Shown: positions 1 through 13,500 of the stretch, piece after piece | How positions within the stretch are numbered: the stretch's first letter is position 1 | Layout: the number at the start of each line of letters is the position of its first letter | From: Octopus sinensis | Lineage: Eukaryota | Assembly (NCBI RefSeq): GCF_006345805.1 | Contig: NC_043015.1 | Coordinates: 37,014,001 to 37,078,000, forward strand | Length of the DNA: 64,000 nucleotides | Reading direction: 5' to 3' | Program-made: the position numbers and the translations under genes | The notes under the pieces: generated by a model | What the model was told of the DNA's origin: nothing | Databases searched by the model: none | The model's input: only the letters and a program-made list of their open reading frames with translations

Positions 1-407
1 CGAACATGATTGTCTCGCTTGGTCCTTAGAATTGCAGTTACAATACCGCATATGGGCTTCCACAGTTTCCTCTCACCTAATTCGATTCGTCATAAAGCAA
101 TGATCGACAGATGCTGTAGAAAAGAAAACATAGGATAACAGAAGACACCACACACTCGAATCGAATTTGGGACCTGATAATTGCATATCGGAATATTTAA
201 TTCCACCGCCCTCTCTAGACTGAACAGAAGTCTCGAAAACAAAATGCACCAAGCAAACTTATCATAACACAGAGATAATGCAATAATAAGAGAAGAAACA
301 CTAATTAATATAATTATGGTAATTAACTGTTCTGGAGCACATGGTACACGAAAATATACTGAATATATATGTATGTGTGTGTGTGTGTTGTGTTGTATTT
401 CTGTGCT

Positions 408-438
<31 letters not shown>

Positions 439-2304
439 TCTGTGGTTACAGTAATCGAACACCTGTTCCTACAATTATCATTGCAACGTCTAGAAATAGC
501 AGTCAAATATCACTTATATCACAATCCGCAAGATTTGCATAGAAGGTTCCGATATGTCTGCTCCACTGGGCTCTGAGTAATTAAAACTGTTGCTACAAAG
601 GTATGTAATAATCCGAGGTAACAGGAGTTCATCGGCACACCGCAGTTCTGATACAGTATATTCATGATCAACGACATTCCATCGATGACAGTCATGTTTT
701 ATCAAAATCCACATTGTCTATATAAATGTTTGCAAAAGTTGTTTATAACTTCATGCTATATCATAGTTTTCCTTGCTATAGTTCTTCGGTGATTGAACAG
801 AGTTTATAACTGAAGACGTTCCTTCCGTGACAACACAGTATGCTTATGTTTGTTATAGTCATGTATACTTTTTATTAATTTGGATTAAAGTTTCAAGCTA
901 TGAGGCTGTTCTACTGCTTTGATGACCGAGCAGTTTATATAATCAACGACATTCCTTCCGTGCCAAACCTGTAAGTTCATGCTTATATTTACATATTCAT
1001 TAGTACATTTTTCAAAGTGTACTTCTCATTTTAAGTCAGCAGTGTGTAAATTCCAAGATGTAAACAACTGTTATTTCTAAGCTACACTTTGACAACATTG
1101 AAAACATGGCTCTCGACTTTATTTGCTTTTTTACAGTCGCTCGATCTGCAGGTAATAGCAGTCAAACACCCATACAATAAATAATAGACGAAACATTATC
1201 AAAACAAACGCAATTATCGACAATCTGGCAATAATTCTCTCACCATATGACGCCAGCAGGAAATACTAAATTTCGTTTAGTGATATATTGGATAATAACA
1301 GTTTGAGGAATCGAAAAGCTGGAATTACACCAAGATCTACCTTTCACAGCACTACCGTTGAATATGTGCCAATGAGAGAGCGTCTAGAGAAGGCGCAGTC
1401 TGTTAGGAATAACAAACTTATTGGACTTAAATCATGTACTTTTCTCTTTGAAAATAATGGACATATGGGATGCTTCTCTAGATACAAAAGGTATAAGTAC
1501 ATTGTTTAGGGGCAACGGCGACCAAATATAAGCTTTGTGTGGGATTCCTGAAGGCTTGACATTCTGTGTCTTTGAGCAAGGCACTTCGCTTTACGTTGAT
1601 CCAATGTACCCCGCCGTTGCATCTTGTTGCATCCTGCTGTTGCATCCGGACGAATGATGTTGCATCTTGCTTCTCCTCACATAGGTTGTTACTTTCTGCC
1701 CGAGCTCTGAAGGTCCGTCAGCGTGTCTACGCCAGATAGCAATTCCACCGGCAGTTAAAGCATTTTGTGAAAGTATAGTACACATTAGCAAGCAATCCAA
1801 ATTATAGGTTTGCTTAAAGAGCATCGACCGTGTACACTGACATATCTGTCGGCAATAGATTAACTGAAATATAAACAAAACTGAGGAGTTTATCAACCGG
1901 CGAAATGTTGGTGGTTTGCATTAGCAAATAAATTATTAACATAGTTGCATAGTCGTAGGTATATGAAGGGGAAATTTATTGAATGAAACAGTTGAAATAT
2001 GCATTATATTATACGTTATAGGTTATATTGTATGTCATAGTACATGGTCTCTATTAAATGCGGATCGTTATGAATGTTGGTTGGTATGTTGACTTCTGCA
2101 CTCACGTTTCACATGGTAGAAAGAGACACAGAGAGAAAGGTTACATAAGAAGAACGTGGCGCTTGTCTTATAATTTGCTGAATAATACGAAAGTGCATCA
2201 TCGTCACCATATTTTAAATTAAAACTAGTTCTTGGAATAAGTTAATTCTCATTATTCTGAATGAAGCTGGCAGATTTTTTTTCTTTTATTTCATTGACTA
2301 ATTG

Positions 2305-2468
2305 AATTACATCGGCCCCCAATGCTCAACCCGACTGGTGCTTATTTTAGTGAGATCGAAGGGAAAAGTTAAGGCCGGCGGCACTTGAATGCAGAACGTA
2401 AAGTCGGGCAAAAATGAGGATAGGCTGTTCGCCCGGGGCGCTAACAGTCATGTCACATCGTCACCTTA
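2305..2468 (-). mobile_element. Degenerate SINE (family A of this window)
   Basis: Aligns by eye with the better copies at 21045-21262 and 25688-25910 (..ttgaatgcagaacgtaaagtcggg..gcccggggcgctaacag..). Confidence 0.65.
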
Positions 2469-2561
2469 GTATTTACAATATATATATATATATATATATA
2501 TATCACAAATATACAAGTGACAATATCCTTTAATTTTATATGAATGTAATGAGTATTTTTC

Positions 2562-2882
2562 ATTATTCTCATATCAACGAAGCCATATGCCCACGGGCAT
2601 ACGGTGTAGTGGTTAAGAGCGCGGGCTACTAACTCCAAGTTTCCCAGTTCAATTCCAGGCAGTGACCTGAATAATAATAATAATAATAATAACAACAACA
2701 ACAACATCGAAGAATACTTTAGGAATGAGAACTCAGGTTCGAAATTTCCCCAAGACACCCGAAGAAGGTTGGAAGGTATATCAGCCGAAACGTAGTGATA
2801 ACAAGAAACAAGATGAGGACAAATATCTGTCAAATGTAAATAATGTACATAATTACTCTTCTCTTAAATATAGAACTGTTTT
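2562..2882 (+). mobile_element. tRNA-headed SINE-like element carrying a minimal hammerhead motif, with candidate 13-bp target-site duplication
   Basis: A-box-like CGGTGTAGTGG (2602-2612) and B-box-like AGTTCAATTCC (2646-2656), then an (AAT)n(AAC)n spacer (2670-2706) and a body that recurs inverted at 22649-22778. ATGAGTATTTTTC is directly repeated at 2549-2561 and 2883-2895. Confidence 0.8.
2754..2799 (+). ncRNA. Minimal type I hammerhead ribozyme-like motif (core variant CCGAAGA)
   Basis: acac-CCGAAGA-A-GGTTG[gaaggtatat]CAGCC-GAAA-CG-TA-gtg: 5-bp stem II, palindromic ACGT stem III, GUA triplet, 3-bp stem I. U4 is C here, so this copy may be inactive. Confidence 0.65.
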
Positions 2883-4997
2883 ATGAGTATTTTTCGTTTG
2901 GAAATTAACCTTCCTTTCATCGTTCTTCATTAAGAAATGTCAAAGGTTCAATTATAATTATTGTATCTATGTCATTCATGGTGGAAAAATATACTTCTTA
3001 ATTTCGGATAACGCCCTAGTGTATATTAGGTATATTAAATATACATCAATTCATAATTTATGTATATTTGATATAGATTATAAAAACTATTAGAGAATAC
3101 GACAAAATAAAGGGGAATTAATTCTTGCTATTAAAATTTGTTAAACTTCAAAGGGAATATATGAAGTTGAAGTGCCACCCTTATTTTTTTGACAGTGCTA
3201 TACGCTTAGGTAACTCTGAGATTAATAATGCTGCTACTAAAATGGCGCCCATCCATATTCATTTGCTTCCATTATCTCCTCATTTTGTTTACTCCTCCTC
3301 TTATTGTTCTTTACATTCCGTTCACATTTCATCCAGTCATATTTAAATTCATGATATTCCAATCATTACTCTAGTGATGTTTTCCGTCTGGTATTGTATA
3401 CTGAGAACTCTGTTACTCAACGTCCCCTCCGCTCATTTCAACATTCTGGGGCACATTTGGCGAATTCTTTGATTTGCTTGCTTTTAGCTGCAAGAAGAAT
3501 CACAACGGTAATCGCGGCTGTTATTGATACTACCGTGGTTGTTGTTGTTGTTTTTGCCATTTACCCCTCGATTACCGCTAATCGAATCAACATATTGACC
3601 GATAACCTAAGACATTTGAGCCTTGATAATTCTGCCTCCATTGTATGAATAGGAATTCATTTCCCGATGGTCTTCTTTGGTTCAAGTCGCTAGCAGTTAA
3701 ATTTCAGGTACTTGTCTGCTATTTCTAGTTGATCGAGCGACTATTTAAAAGTGCCCTTGTAATGAATTATTCAATGTGAATCTTCCGTGGCAAATATTTC
3801 TTCTTCAATATTTCTGAAAAACTGTTTAGTTTCTTTCTGGCCAACAATGTGTTGTCCAGTATGAAGTCATAAATTCAACCATTTGTTTTCGGAATTTCGG
3901 AAAAGTCAGCAAGTCTTTCCCCAACTTTCCGACTACACACATCTAAATACTTCAGCAGCTGTATAATGTTACATTTGAATATATAGCGCATATCGCTTCC
4001 TTACTAAGGAGCGTCACAGTAAGGTTGTCTGACAGCACAAGACTGAGTTCTAGTAAATGCGAACTGAGCAAAATTATATATTATTTATTCGGTCATTTCA
4101 ACGACACACACTCTACTGGATGGCATCGAATACAGCCTTTAAATTAAGGTAAAACTATTTAGATACTTCACGTAATCAGATTTAACAGTTAACTCTATAT
4201 ATTCGGGCACTACGTATTTGAATCGATTGCGCGTCTATTCAATTCAATTTATCGCAATTGTATTGAAATATAAGAATGAGCGGAGTGCTTGCCGCAAGTA
4301 ATTATCGCAAGCTGGTATACTGCACTGATGTAATCATCGACTACATTGTGATATTAACAGTAAACGTTGTGGTCCGTTTAACTCCATGGAAACTGCCGAT
4401 AAGAACCGGATCAGTGGCTTGTAAAGCTTTCTAAAACCTAATAACTTCATTGAATGCAAAGCTTGGGGAAGTTACAGGAATCACAAAAGGTGAATATAAT
4501 CAAAATATACACAGCATATAGAAATACGAACACACAATGATACAGTAAAAGAATGTATACAGAGGTAGACCGTTCGAAACGGTAAAACGAGGACGTTTAT
4601 ATTTATGGAAATATAAAAGAGCCTCACATTGTTTATAAATATTCATTAATCTTTGCACGACACAGACCACTGTGAAATCCGGCGACAAAGTAAAAATGGA
4701 AAAAAAAAAATCTCTAATTTGTATTATTAGTGGTTAATGATGTGTGTGATTCCGATTTGTGTGACATTAGCTTTTGATGCAATCAACTGATGTCATGCTG
4801 AAGAAGAAAAGGGATTCCGGGTCGAAGATGCAAACTTATTTGTGATTAGTTATCAATGGTGAAAGATTATTAAGTTCAAAACCCAATGGATAAGCTGAAT
4901 ATATCACCATTTACACACACTATATACATATAACATACAGACGGAGGGGTACAGTTATGTATGTGTGTGTGTATATGTGGGTATGCGTATATATGTT

Positions 4998-5035
<38 letters not shown>

Positions 5036-5226
5036 TAGATATTGAATATATCAAATGAAATTCAAAACAGAACACAAAAGATATCGCGATACACGTGTTT
5101 TTAATTTAATTTTATTTAATATATTCTCTCTCACCTCTGCCACTATCTGGCATATACAGGTGCTTACACTTATCAAGTATTCACCCTATATTTATATATG
5201 ATATATACATATATACATGTATATGC

Positions 5227-5286
<60 letters not shown>

Positions 5287-5349
5287 AGGAGAGGGATGGA
5301 GATTGCTCTATCTGATCCCCTTCAAGTGAATCCAGGCAGACACTAGGGT

Positions 5350-5465
5350 TTATGAATCGACAGCTCAACGAACACACACTCAACCACATATTTACAAACA
5401 GAAGCAACTCTCTTAACCGAAAATTTATCGAACTCTTAAGAATAACTGAAGCAAAACCCAACGAA
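5350..5465 (+). pseudogene. Possible Penelope-like GIY-YIG endonuclease C-terminal remnant
   Basis: Translation RQLNEH...NRKFIELLRITEAKP resembles the recalled R-L-x-E-H and R-K-x-x-E-x-L-x-I-x-x-x-K-P pattern of PLE endonucleases. It is short and the GIY/YIG motifs are not visible. Confidence 0.35.
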
Positions 5466-5559
5466 ATACACATTCATACATACATATATACACATCTACA
5501 TACATATATGCATACATTCATTCATACATATTTATCAATGTAAGCAGAGATATTAATGG

Positions 5560-6370
5560 AAAGAACTAGTTTGTGGATGACCTCAAAATTGATACTAAAA
5601 TTGTTAACAATGCCAAACAACATCTGGAGTTAATAAAATTTTCTGGTGACTTAGGAAGGGACTTTGGTCGAAAAAAAATGTTTTCACTTCATTGTTGAAC
5701 AAGGAAGTCAGTCTCCCAAACCTGCGCATCAATAGTTTCACTATCGCACCCGTCACACACAAAGAATGCTACAAGTAACTAGGCATTGATCACGATATAT
5801 CATACCAAGGTACTGTGGATAATGGCAGAATGACCCAAGAATATTATACCAGACTTAGAGAAAATATAGCAGGCAGAACTCTCCTTTTACAACAAGACAA
5901 TATCCTGCAATGCATTTGCAGTACCAGTGCTGATTCCAACATTTAGGGTACTTGACTGATCTGTAGAAGAAGTCCAATCCACAGACAATAAAACTCACAA
6001 GATACCGACACCGACTGGAAGTGTCCACAGAAATAATGAAATCGACAGGGTCTACACTAGAATAAAAGACGTATAAGCTGGAGATTAGCTTCGCATTGTC
6101 ACTCTGACAGAGAGAGAGAGCACGTTGCTAAAGAACAGCAGCATAAATAAAGACATTAGCTTAATGCAAAAAGTGAACAAAACAGTATCCTAAGTGTCGG
6201 AAGCGAACTCTCTCTTCTTGATTATCTCCCATACAACACCAAATCATCCGGAATAACACACATAAAAGAAGACCTGCAGGTGAAACCCTCAGCATACCAA
6301 AATAAGACCATGCATGGGTATGTTTCACGAAAACTTGAAGAAGACAGTAACATTGACAAGAAGTGAAGCC
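5560..6370 (+). mobile_element. Old, decayed R4/Dong-like reverse transcriptase fragment
   Basis: Interrupted frames give FVDDLK, ECYK*LGI, AELSFYNKTISCNAFAVPVLIPTF, DNKTHKI..HRNNEIDRVY and KTMHGY. These are collinear with YMDDLK, YKYLGV, TELNARNRIEAINALAIPVVTYSF, DRKIRKL..HPKADTERLY and KPLYGK of the element at 61365-63590. Confidence 0.8.
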
Positions 6371-7566
6371 TCCTTTATATATATGTAAGGAATAAATATT
6401 CAGAAGTGAATATTTATGTAGAGATTATGAACCTTATCATTATCTGAAGTAAATATAGATAGTTGACCATTACAGCAAAATAATATACGTGGTTACAGGC
6501 CTTAAATCGAATTAGAAGCTATAACATTTAAGTTTATATTTATCATAAGTGCACCGAAGGCGCCTCCCTTCTAGAAGAAGTGTTAAACCCCCCAATTTTA
6601 ACATCATTTCTAGCAAGTAGGCGCCTCGTGTGCCCATTTGATACACACACACACACACATATATATATATACACCACACACACACACGCATATTCTTATG
6701 TAGTTTATGGCTTTGTCGAAAATGATTCAGTGCATCACATGACTTATTAAAGATTAAACAAAGGAAATTATCCCATTATGAAATATATATTAATCTGATC
6801 TGGCGACCACTCATTGGATATTATTTAATTAACCAGATCTTCTCAACTATATTCAGTTCTTTGGTATGTTTCTATATTTGCGTGTGGTGTAAAATTTGCT
6901 AGAAGCTAAGAGTTAAAGACCCCCATTATATTCTGTACAACCATTTGTAATGTGTGTGTGAGATGAACACTTTAATACGAGAAGCCATCTTTATGCAATT
7001 TACTCACCCGTGCGACATTTTTAGTCATTGATCTTTTGCATCCTGCCGGGTTCGGCGCTACTGACACCTCGTGACGTATTCCAGAAAGTGACACGCTTGG
7101 ATTCGCACACAGAATACACACGCAATGTATGTATGTGTGAGAGGCAGCTTGTTGCGCGTGTATGCGTGTATGCGTGTATGCGTGTATGTGTGTGTGTTTT
7201 ATATTCTTGTCCTGTTAACCCGACTATATCTGTGTCAAGCATTTCCAGATCACAATGTTCAGCTTATATGTGTGTGTGTGTGTGTGTGTGTGCATATGTT
7301 TATATATGCATACTAACACACTCAATATATATATGTATATGTTTGTATGTGTGTGTATATATATATATCTTTACGTGCAGACAGACACAATATTTGTATA
7401 TACATATGTGTATGTATATATATATGTATATATATATATATTTATATATATGTATGTATGTAAATGTATATATGTATATAGATATATATTTATATATATA
7501 TATGTGTATGTGTATATATATGTATATAAATATGTAGTTATGTATGTATATGTATAATTATATAAA

Positions 7567-7661
<95 letters not shown>

Positions 7662-8139
7662 ATATATATATATATACATACCCACATAGACATATGTGTA
7701 TATTTACTTGCGTTTATTGCGACGTAGGTTCATTCATGTATTTTTCTTTCATATGGTTTTAGAAATATGGAACTTTTTAAAGCTGACGAGAGACTACATT
7801 AGAGAGATCAGATTGCAAAAGCTAGTCCAGAGAGACAGCATAGGTATGCGACTGTGTCTGTTCAGGCTTATTTCAGTGTGCATGTGTATATGTGTGCGTG
7901 TATATGTGTGCGTGTATGTGTGTGCATGTGTATGTTTGTGTATGTAAAATCTCCCATTTGCTTAGACGATTTTTATTGCAACGATAGAAAGATATTTCCA
8001 TATCAGCGTAAACCAGGGATTGCTTTAAATAAGTAAACAGTGACGTTGTTGTAAAACGGTCATCAACAGTGTATATGCGCGTGTGTATGTGTGTGTGAGG
8101 GAGAGACAGAGACACAGAAAGAGAGTAAGACAAAGAGAA

Positions 8140-8170
<31 letters not shown>

Positions 8171-8290
8171 ATGCATATTTGCGTTTTCATGTGTAAATCC
8201 ATGTATGCTTATATATCCAAGTATTTATGTATACATGTATATATATGGATGTATGTATATATATAAATATATATATATAAATATACACAC

Positions 8291-8371
<81 letters not shown>

Positions 8372-8465
8372 CATAATATATTGTTAGAATCTACAGGAAA
8401 ATAAAAGACTACGACAGTTGTATAATCAACAAGTTGCGTTAGGTTGACCCTCGCGAGAGTGAGAA

Positions 8466-8505
8466 ATTCTTTTACGTTTCGAGCCTACGCTCTGCAACAG
8501 AAAGG
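8466..8505 (-). ncRNA. Degenerate minimal hammerhead-like motif, short stem II family
   Basis: Minus strand: cttt-CTGTTGC-A-GAGC[gtag]GCTC-GAAA-CG-TA-aaag. Stems I, II and III are intact but the core is mutated. Relatives lie at 43397-43420 and 46855-46893. Confidence 0.5.
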
Positions 8506-8707
8506 AACACAGAAATAAACAGAGAGAGGATAGAAAAAAGAAATTTAAAAACTTGTGGATTTAGAGTGCAAAAACATCAGAAAAACTGTTACTCAGATTT
8601 TCACGTTTTTGTGATGTCTTTGCAGATATTTTAATATAGCATATTACTCTACCTCCGGTATAGGAGCACTAAATTTCCACCTTGTTTCTCATCTATGTGC
8701 TTAATCT

Positions 8708-8775
<68 letters not shown>

Positions 8776-9391
8776 ATATATATTATATATAATATATATA
8801 CATACATACATATATATATTCACACATTCACATAAAATGATATATATATTAACATATACATTGAAACTTATGAATAAACGTCTCAATCGTTCAACACAGC
8901 TTTATATCATTCCCAAATGATCGAAAATCGAATGTGAATATGTATTAAAACAATAGGACACCTAATGCAAAAAGCCAACAATATAAAATGTACTCATATA
9001 CAGGAATAAAAGGTGATAAAAGGTAAAAGGCAAATAAGAGTGAAGTCGAATGAAGAAAAGTATATGGAATAAATTATTGTGTAAAGAAGGCGACTAAGAC
9101 TTGAAGGCAGTGGAGCTAAAATAATATAAATATAAAAATATAAAAAATAGAAGAATATAAGTGAAATAAATACGTGTAGGGTAACCAGAACAGAGTCCAT
9201 TCAAGCCCATCTCTACGATCGTTTCAAAGAATCCTGCTTCTCATTGTTAATGTAGGAAATCAAAAGGAAACACATTTTCACCAGGAAAAACTTACAAAGG
9301 CTTCATATTTCTGGTTATCACATCGTTATCACTGTGTGTATATACATACATACATACATACATATACACACACATATATATTTATGGATAT

Positions 9392-9440
<49 letters not shown>

Positions 9441-11864
9441 ATATATCAATGTGTATATATGTGTGTTTGTGTGTGCGTATGTGTTTATATATGCATGTAT
9501 ATATATATATAATATATATATGATATCCATTCATAGTTCTATGCATACATTTGTAAACTATGTATATATGGACTTCTTGAAACTTTATGTAACACTGAAC
9601 CACTTACACTGGATATTCTGTAGCGACCGTCGTGAAAGCAATTCGGAGAGGCCTTAGTTTCGAGCCAAACCTAACATTTTCTTTCTTATATTCTCTTTAT
9701 TCCTCTTTCAGGAACCTAAATGATGTTTTTACGTCAGGTCTTCGCCTCACCACTCTTGGAATCTTGCAACGATCACAGTTCTTGACTTGAGTTCTACAGC
9801 AAAAAAGAATTGGAACGAACTTCTTTTTATAGAATGCGGTAAAACGAAATCGGTGTGTCAATACCTGGGTATCTCTAATCGAATTGTCCGCACGCAATAA
9901 TGTGTAATTATCTTATAAATTTTATATCCATTTAACTCATAGGTATTACTTATAAATGAATATCATAAGCTATATACACATGCAAATATATCTATCTATT
10001 TTATCTAACAATCTATCTATCTATCTGTGTGTTTGTCAGTCCGTCTGTATGTCTGCCCATGTATGAATGTATGTATATATTGAAAATCAGAAAAAATACT
10101 TTTCTATTGAATGTAACCGAGCTAGTTAGATACACGTCAGCTTCCTTTTAAAACACAGCACTTCGATCACGCAACATATCAATTGATCTATCGGAAGCTA
10201 ATAGCTGACTCTAGAACACTTTCAGTGTGGCGGTGTGATTCAGGATAATCAATGAGCAAATATATCGGAAGGTTTATTCCAAAGACTAAAAGGATTATTC
10301 TATATAAATGTAGGATGTTTGACGGATTTACGCTAATAGTCGGTGCTGTTACATTTCCTGAACGCAAATTTTACTTCATCTATCACCATATAAATGCGTT
10401 TAAGTTTCGCTTTCTCTAACGGAATTACAACATTTCTCAAATCTCAATGATTTCTTCGTGCATATAGAAATTTTTCGATACCAATAAAAAGAAGGGAAAT
10501 GAAGTAAAACTAGTTTTATTCGAACTGGAGAGAAAGAAGGGGGCAAATCGAGGGATGAAATGATGGAATAAATGTAGAATTATTACTATTGATTCACAAA
10601 AGTCTTATTGATAACGTTGAAATAAGATGAAAAGCAAAATGCAATGTATAGCCAAAGGGTCAAAGGTGAGGAAATCTTGTTCATCCACTCACTTTGTCAT
10701 ATAACAGTAGAGAACTTAAGGTTAAGGTTTGCGTTTTTCAGTGACTCTAGGTTTGTGTACGTGTCTTTTGCTTTGCCTGACTGGCTGTGTAGACCTTATC
10801 TGCGTTTTGGTCCTTGTGTGTTTCTGTCTATTTCTCTGAATATCAATATGGATGCTTGTACGTTTGTGTGTCTGTGTGAGAGAGAGAGAGAGAGAGAGGG
10901 AGAGACACAGAGAGATACACAGAGACAGAAATAGAGAAACAAAGAGATAGAGGGCGAGAGAGAGAAAGTGAGATGGAAAGAGGATTATGTGCGCGTTTTC
11001 GTGTGTATATATACATATATGCACGCATATATATCAAACTTTACACAGAATTATCTGTATATGCATATATATGTATATATACATATATGTGTGGGGGGTG
11101 TATACACACATGCAGACACTTGTAGACACACACACATACAAGGGTATAAACATAAAGATATTTTTCTATATGTCTAGATTTACTCGTATCTACCATTTAT
11201 CGTATAATAAAGTGTGCGTATAGATGTATATACCTGTGTATTTATATATGTGGACAGCCGTACATAGACACATATAAATATATATATACATATATACATA
11301 TGTTTATGCGTGTGTGCGTGTGTATGTGCGTGTGTGCGTGTGTGCGTGTGTGAGTGTGTGTGCACGCGCACGTATCTGTCTGTATGTATGTATGTCTGTG
11401 CGCTTGTGTATGCTTTTGTCTTTGAGAGTGACTACAACAACTTCTCTGCTGTGATTTCAGCATTCATTAAAAGACATACAAACTTTGCCATAAAGCGCTC
11501 GATAAGGTGGGCGATGGTGATTCTAGCCATGTTAACGGCGACGACGATGATCATGGCGAGTCTAATAGTGTGAGAGAGAAGTTGTTAGAGGAATAAAGCC
11601 CAAAGAAAATGATATAAGCTAACTCGTGTCTTACAAAATGGCATCAGCAGCCTCACCATCAACGTCACCCTCATCTCTTCATTGTCGTCTCATCGCTGTC
11701 ACCTTGCCACCGTCGCGCCCGTCGCCTTTAGTAGCCAATGCGTCATAGCATACGCCAGTCACTACACGTTTGTTTAAATGTGTATAATTATATGAATTTA
11801 TGTATCAGCGCATGTAAAGTGCTATACATAAGAATATATATGTAAATGTACATACACACACACG

Positions 11865-11904
<40 letters not shown>

Positions 11905-12185
11905 TATATATACATGTGTGTGTGTGCATATACATATATATACACACGTACATACATACATACTCACACATCTGTATGTTGCTCACATATTCAGGCATCA
12001 CAACACACATTGTATTGTGTATTTGTCTTGAATGATGTTGAAGGAGAACGAGATTCGGATGAGAGTGTTGATGGAGATGAGGAGGATGGTCTGGAGAAGA
12101 GAAGGAAGAACAAGAAGAGTGACTGTGGGGAGACATACGAAGATATTACATGTTGCTCTCTCTCTCTCTCTCACTCTCTCTATCA

Positions 12186-12227
<42 letters not shown>

Positions 12228-12342
12228 GTGTGTATATATATATACACTTATGAATATAGAAAATATCTACCTGTATGTGTGTGCATGCCAGTTTGTGTAT
12301 CGGCAAATAGTGAGGGAGAGAGTAAGAAAGAGACAGAGATAG

Positions 12343-12375
<33 letters not shown>

Positions 12376-12879
12376 TGGTGCAACGAATACTGTCATTGCA
12401 GACAGTATTAACCATTCTGGTCACAGATGTAACTAATTAGATATCTGTGTACCTGTTGATTCTTGTAATTATAAAACTACTTGCATATGAGTATGTGTGC
12501 ATGGATCGTATGAATACAGACGACACTATCACTCATGAACATCCACACACACACAAACTCATATATATATATATATATATATATACGCGCGCACACACAT
12601 GTACATACATAATTATATATACATAGAGCCTATTTTCCAATTAAGTATACTCTGCATATATACTTATGTTTACTTGAATGTATGTATATTTGTTTATAGT
12701 AAAGTATTTTATATGTTATATTTGCATGTATATTAATATGCATGTATGCCTGTATATATGTATGTGTGTATAGATGGATGGCTATATATATCTACGTTTG
12801 TATACGTGAATGTATGCATACACGCAATTTATTGCCGTGTACGTATGCGTGTATGTATATATTTATATATTCTGTTTTA

Positions 12880-12989
12880 TCCATCTCTATTTCTGTATCC
12901 ATCAATCGATCTACGTTCCTAATTATGCATCTTTCTATTCACCCATCTCTACCCACATATCTATCTGTCTTTATCCATCTATGCGTCTC

Positions 12990-13042
<53 letters not shown>

Positions 13043-13098
13043 ATATATATATATATATATCTATCCATCCATCTTTCTATCCATCTATCTAGCTATCC

Positions 13099-13193
<95 letters not shown>

Positions 13194-13240
13194 CATCCAT
13201 CTTTCTATCCATCTATCTAGCTATCCATCTATCTATCTAG

Positions 13241-13273
<33 letters not shown>

Positions 13274-13500
13274 CATCTCTCTATCCATCTATCTACATAT
13301 CCCTCTATCCATCTCTCTATTCATCTATCTCTCTATCTATCTGTCTATCTGTCTGTCTATGTATCTATCTATCTATCTATTTATCTATCCATCCATCCAT
13401 CCATCCATCCATCTCTCTATCCATATATCTATCTATCCATCTATCAATCCATCTCTTTATCCATCTCTCTGTCCATCTCTCTATCTATCAATCCCTCCCA
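12880..13500. repeat. (TATC)n/(TCCA)n microsatellite tract
   Basis: Directly visible; source of the YLSIYLSI ORFs. Confidence 0.95.

Noticed and set aside
4560-4590. accgttcgaaacggt containing GAAAC
   Set aside because: A simple hairpin with no CUGANGA upstream, so not called a hammerhead.
7028-8387. Long ORFs rich in YI/CV/HT (also at ~12742-13586, 24429-24975, 38911-39611, 49259-49765, 54772-55251, 60110-60799)
   Set aside because: These are read-throughs of (TA)n, (CA)n and (TATC)n microsatellites with no domain content.
12030-12140. Acidic/basic peptide NDVEGERDSDESVDGDEEDGLEKRRKNKK
   Set aside because: Purine-rich decayed triplet sequence between microsatellites, without convincing splice sites.
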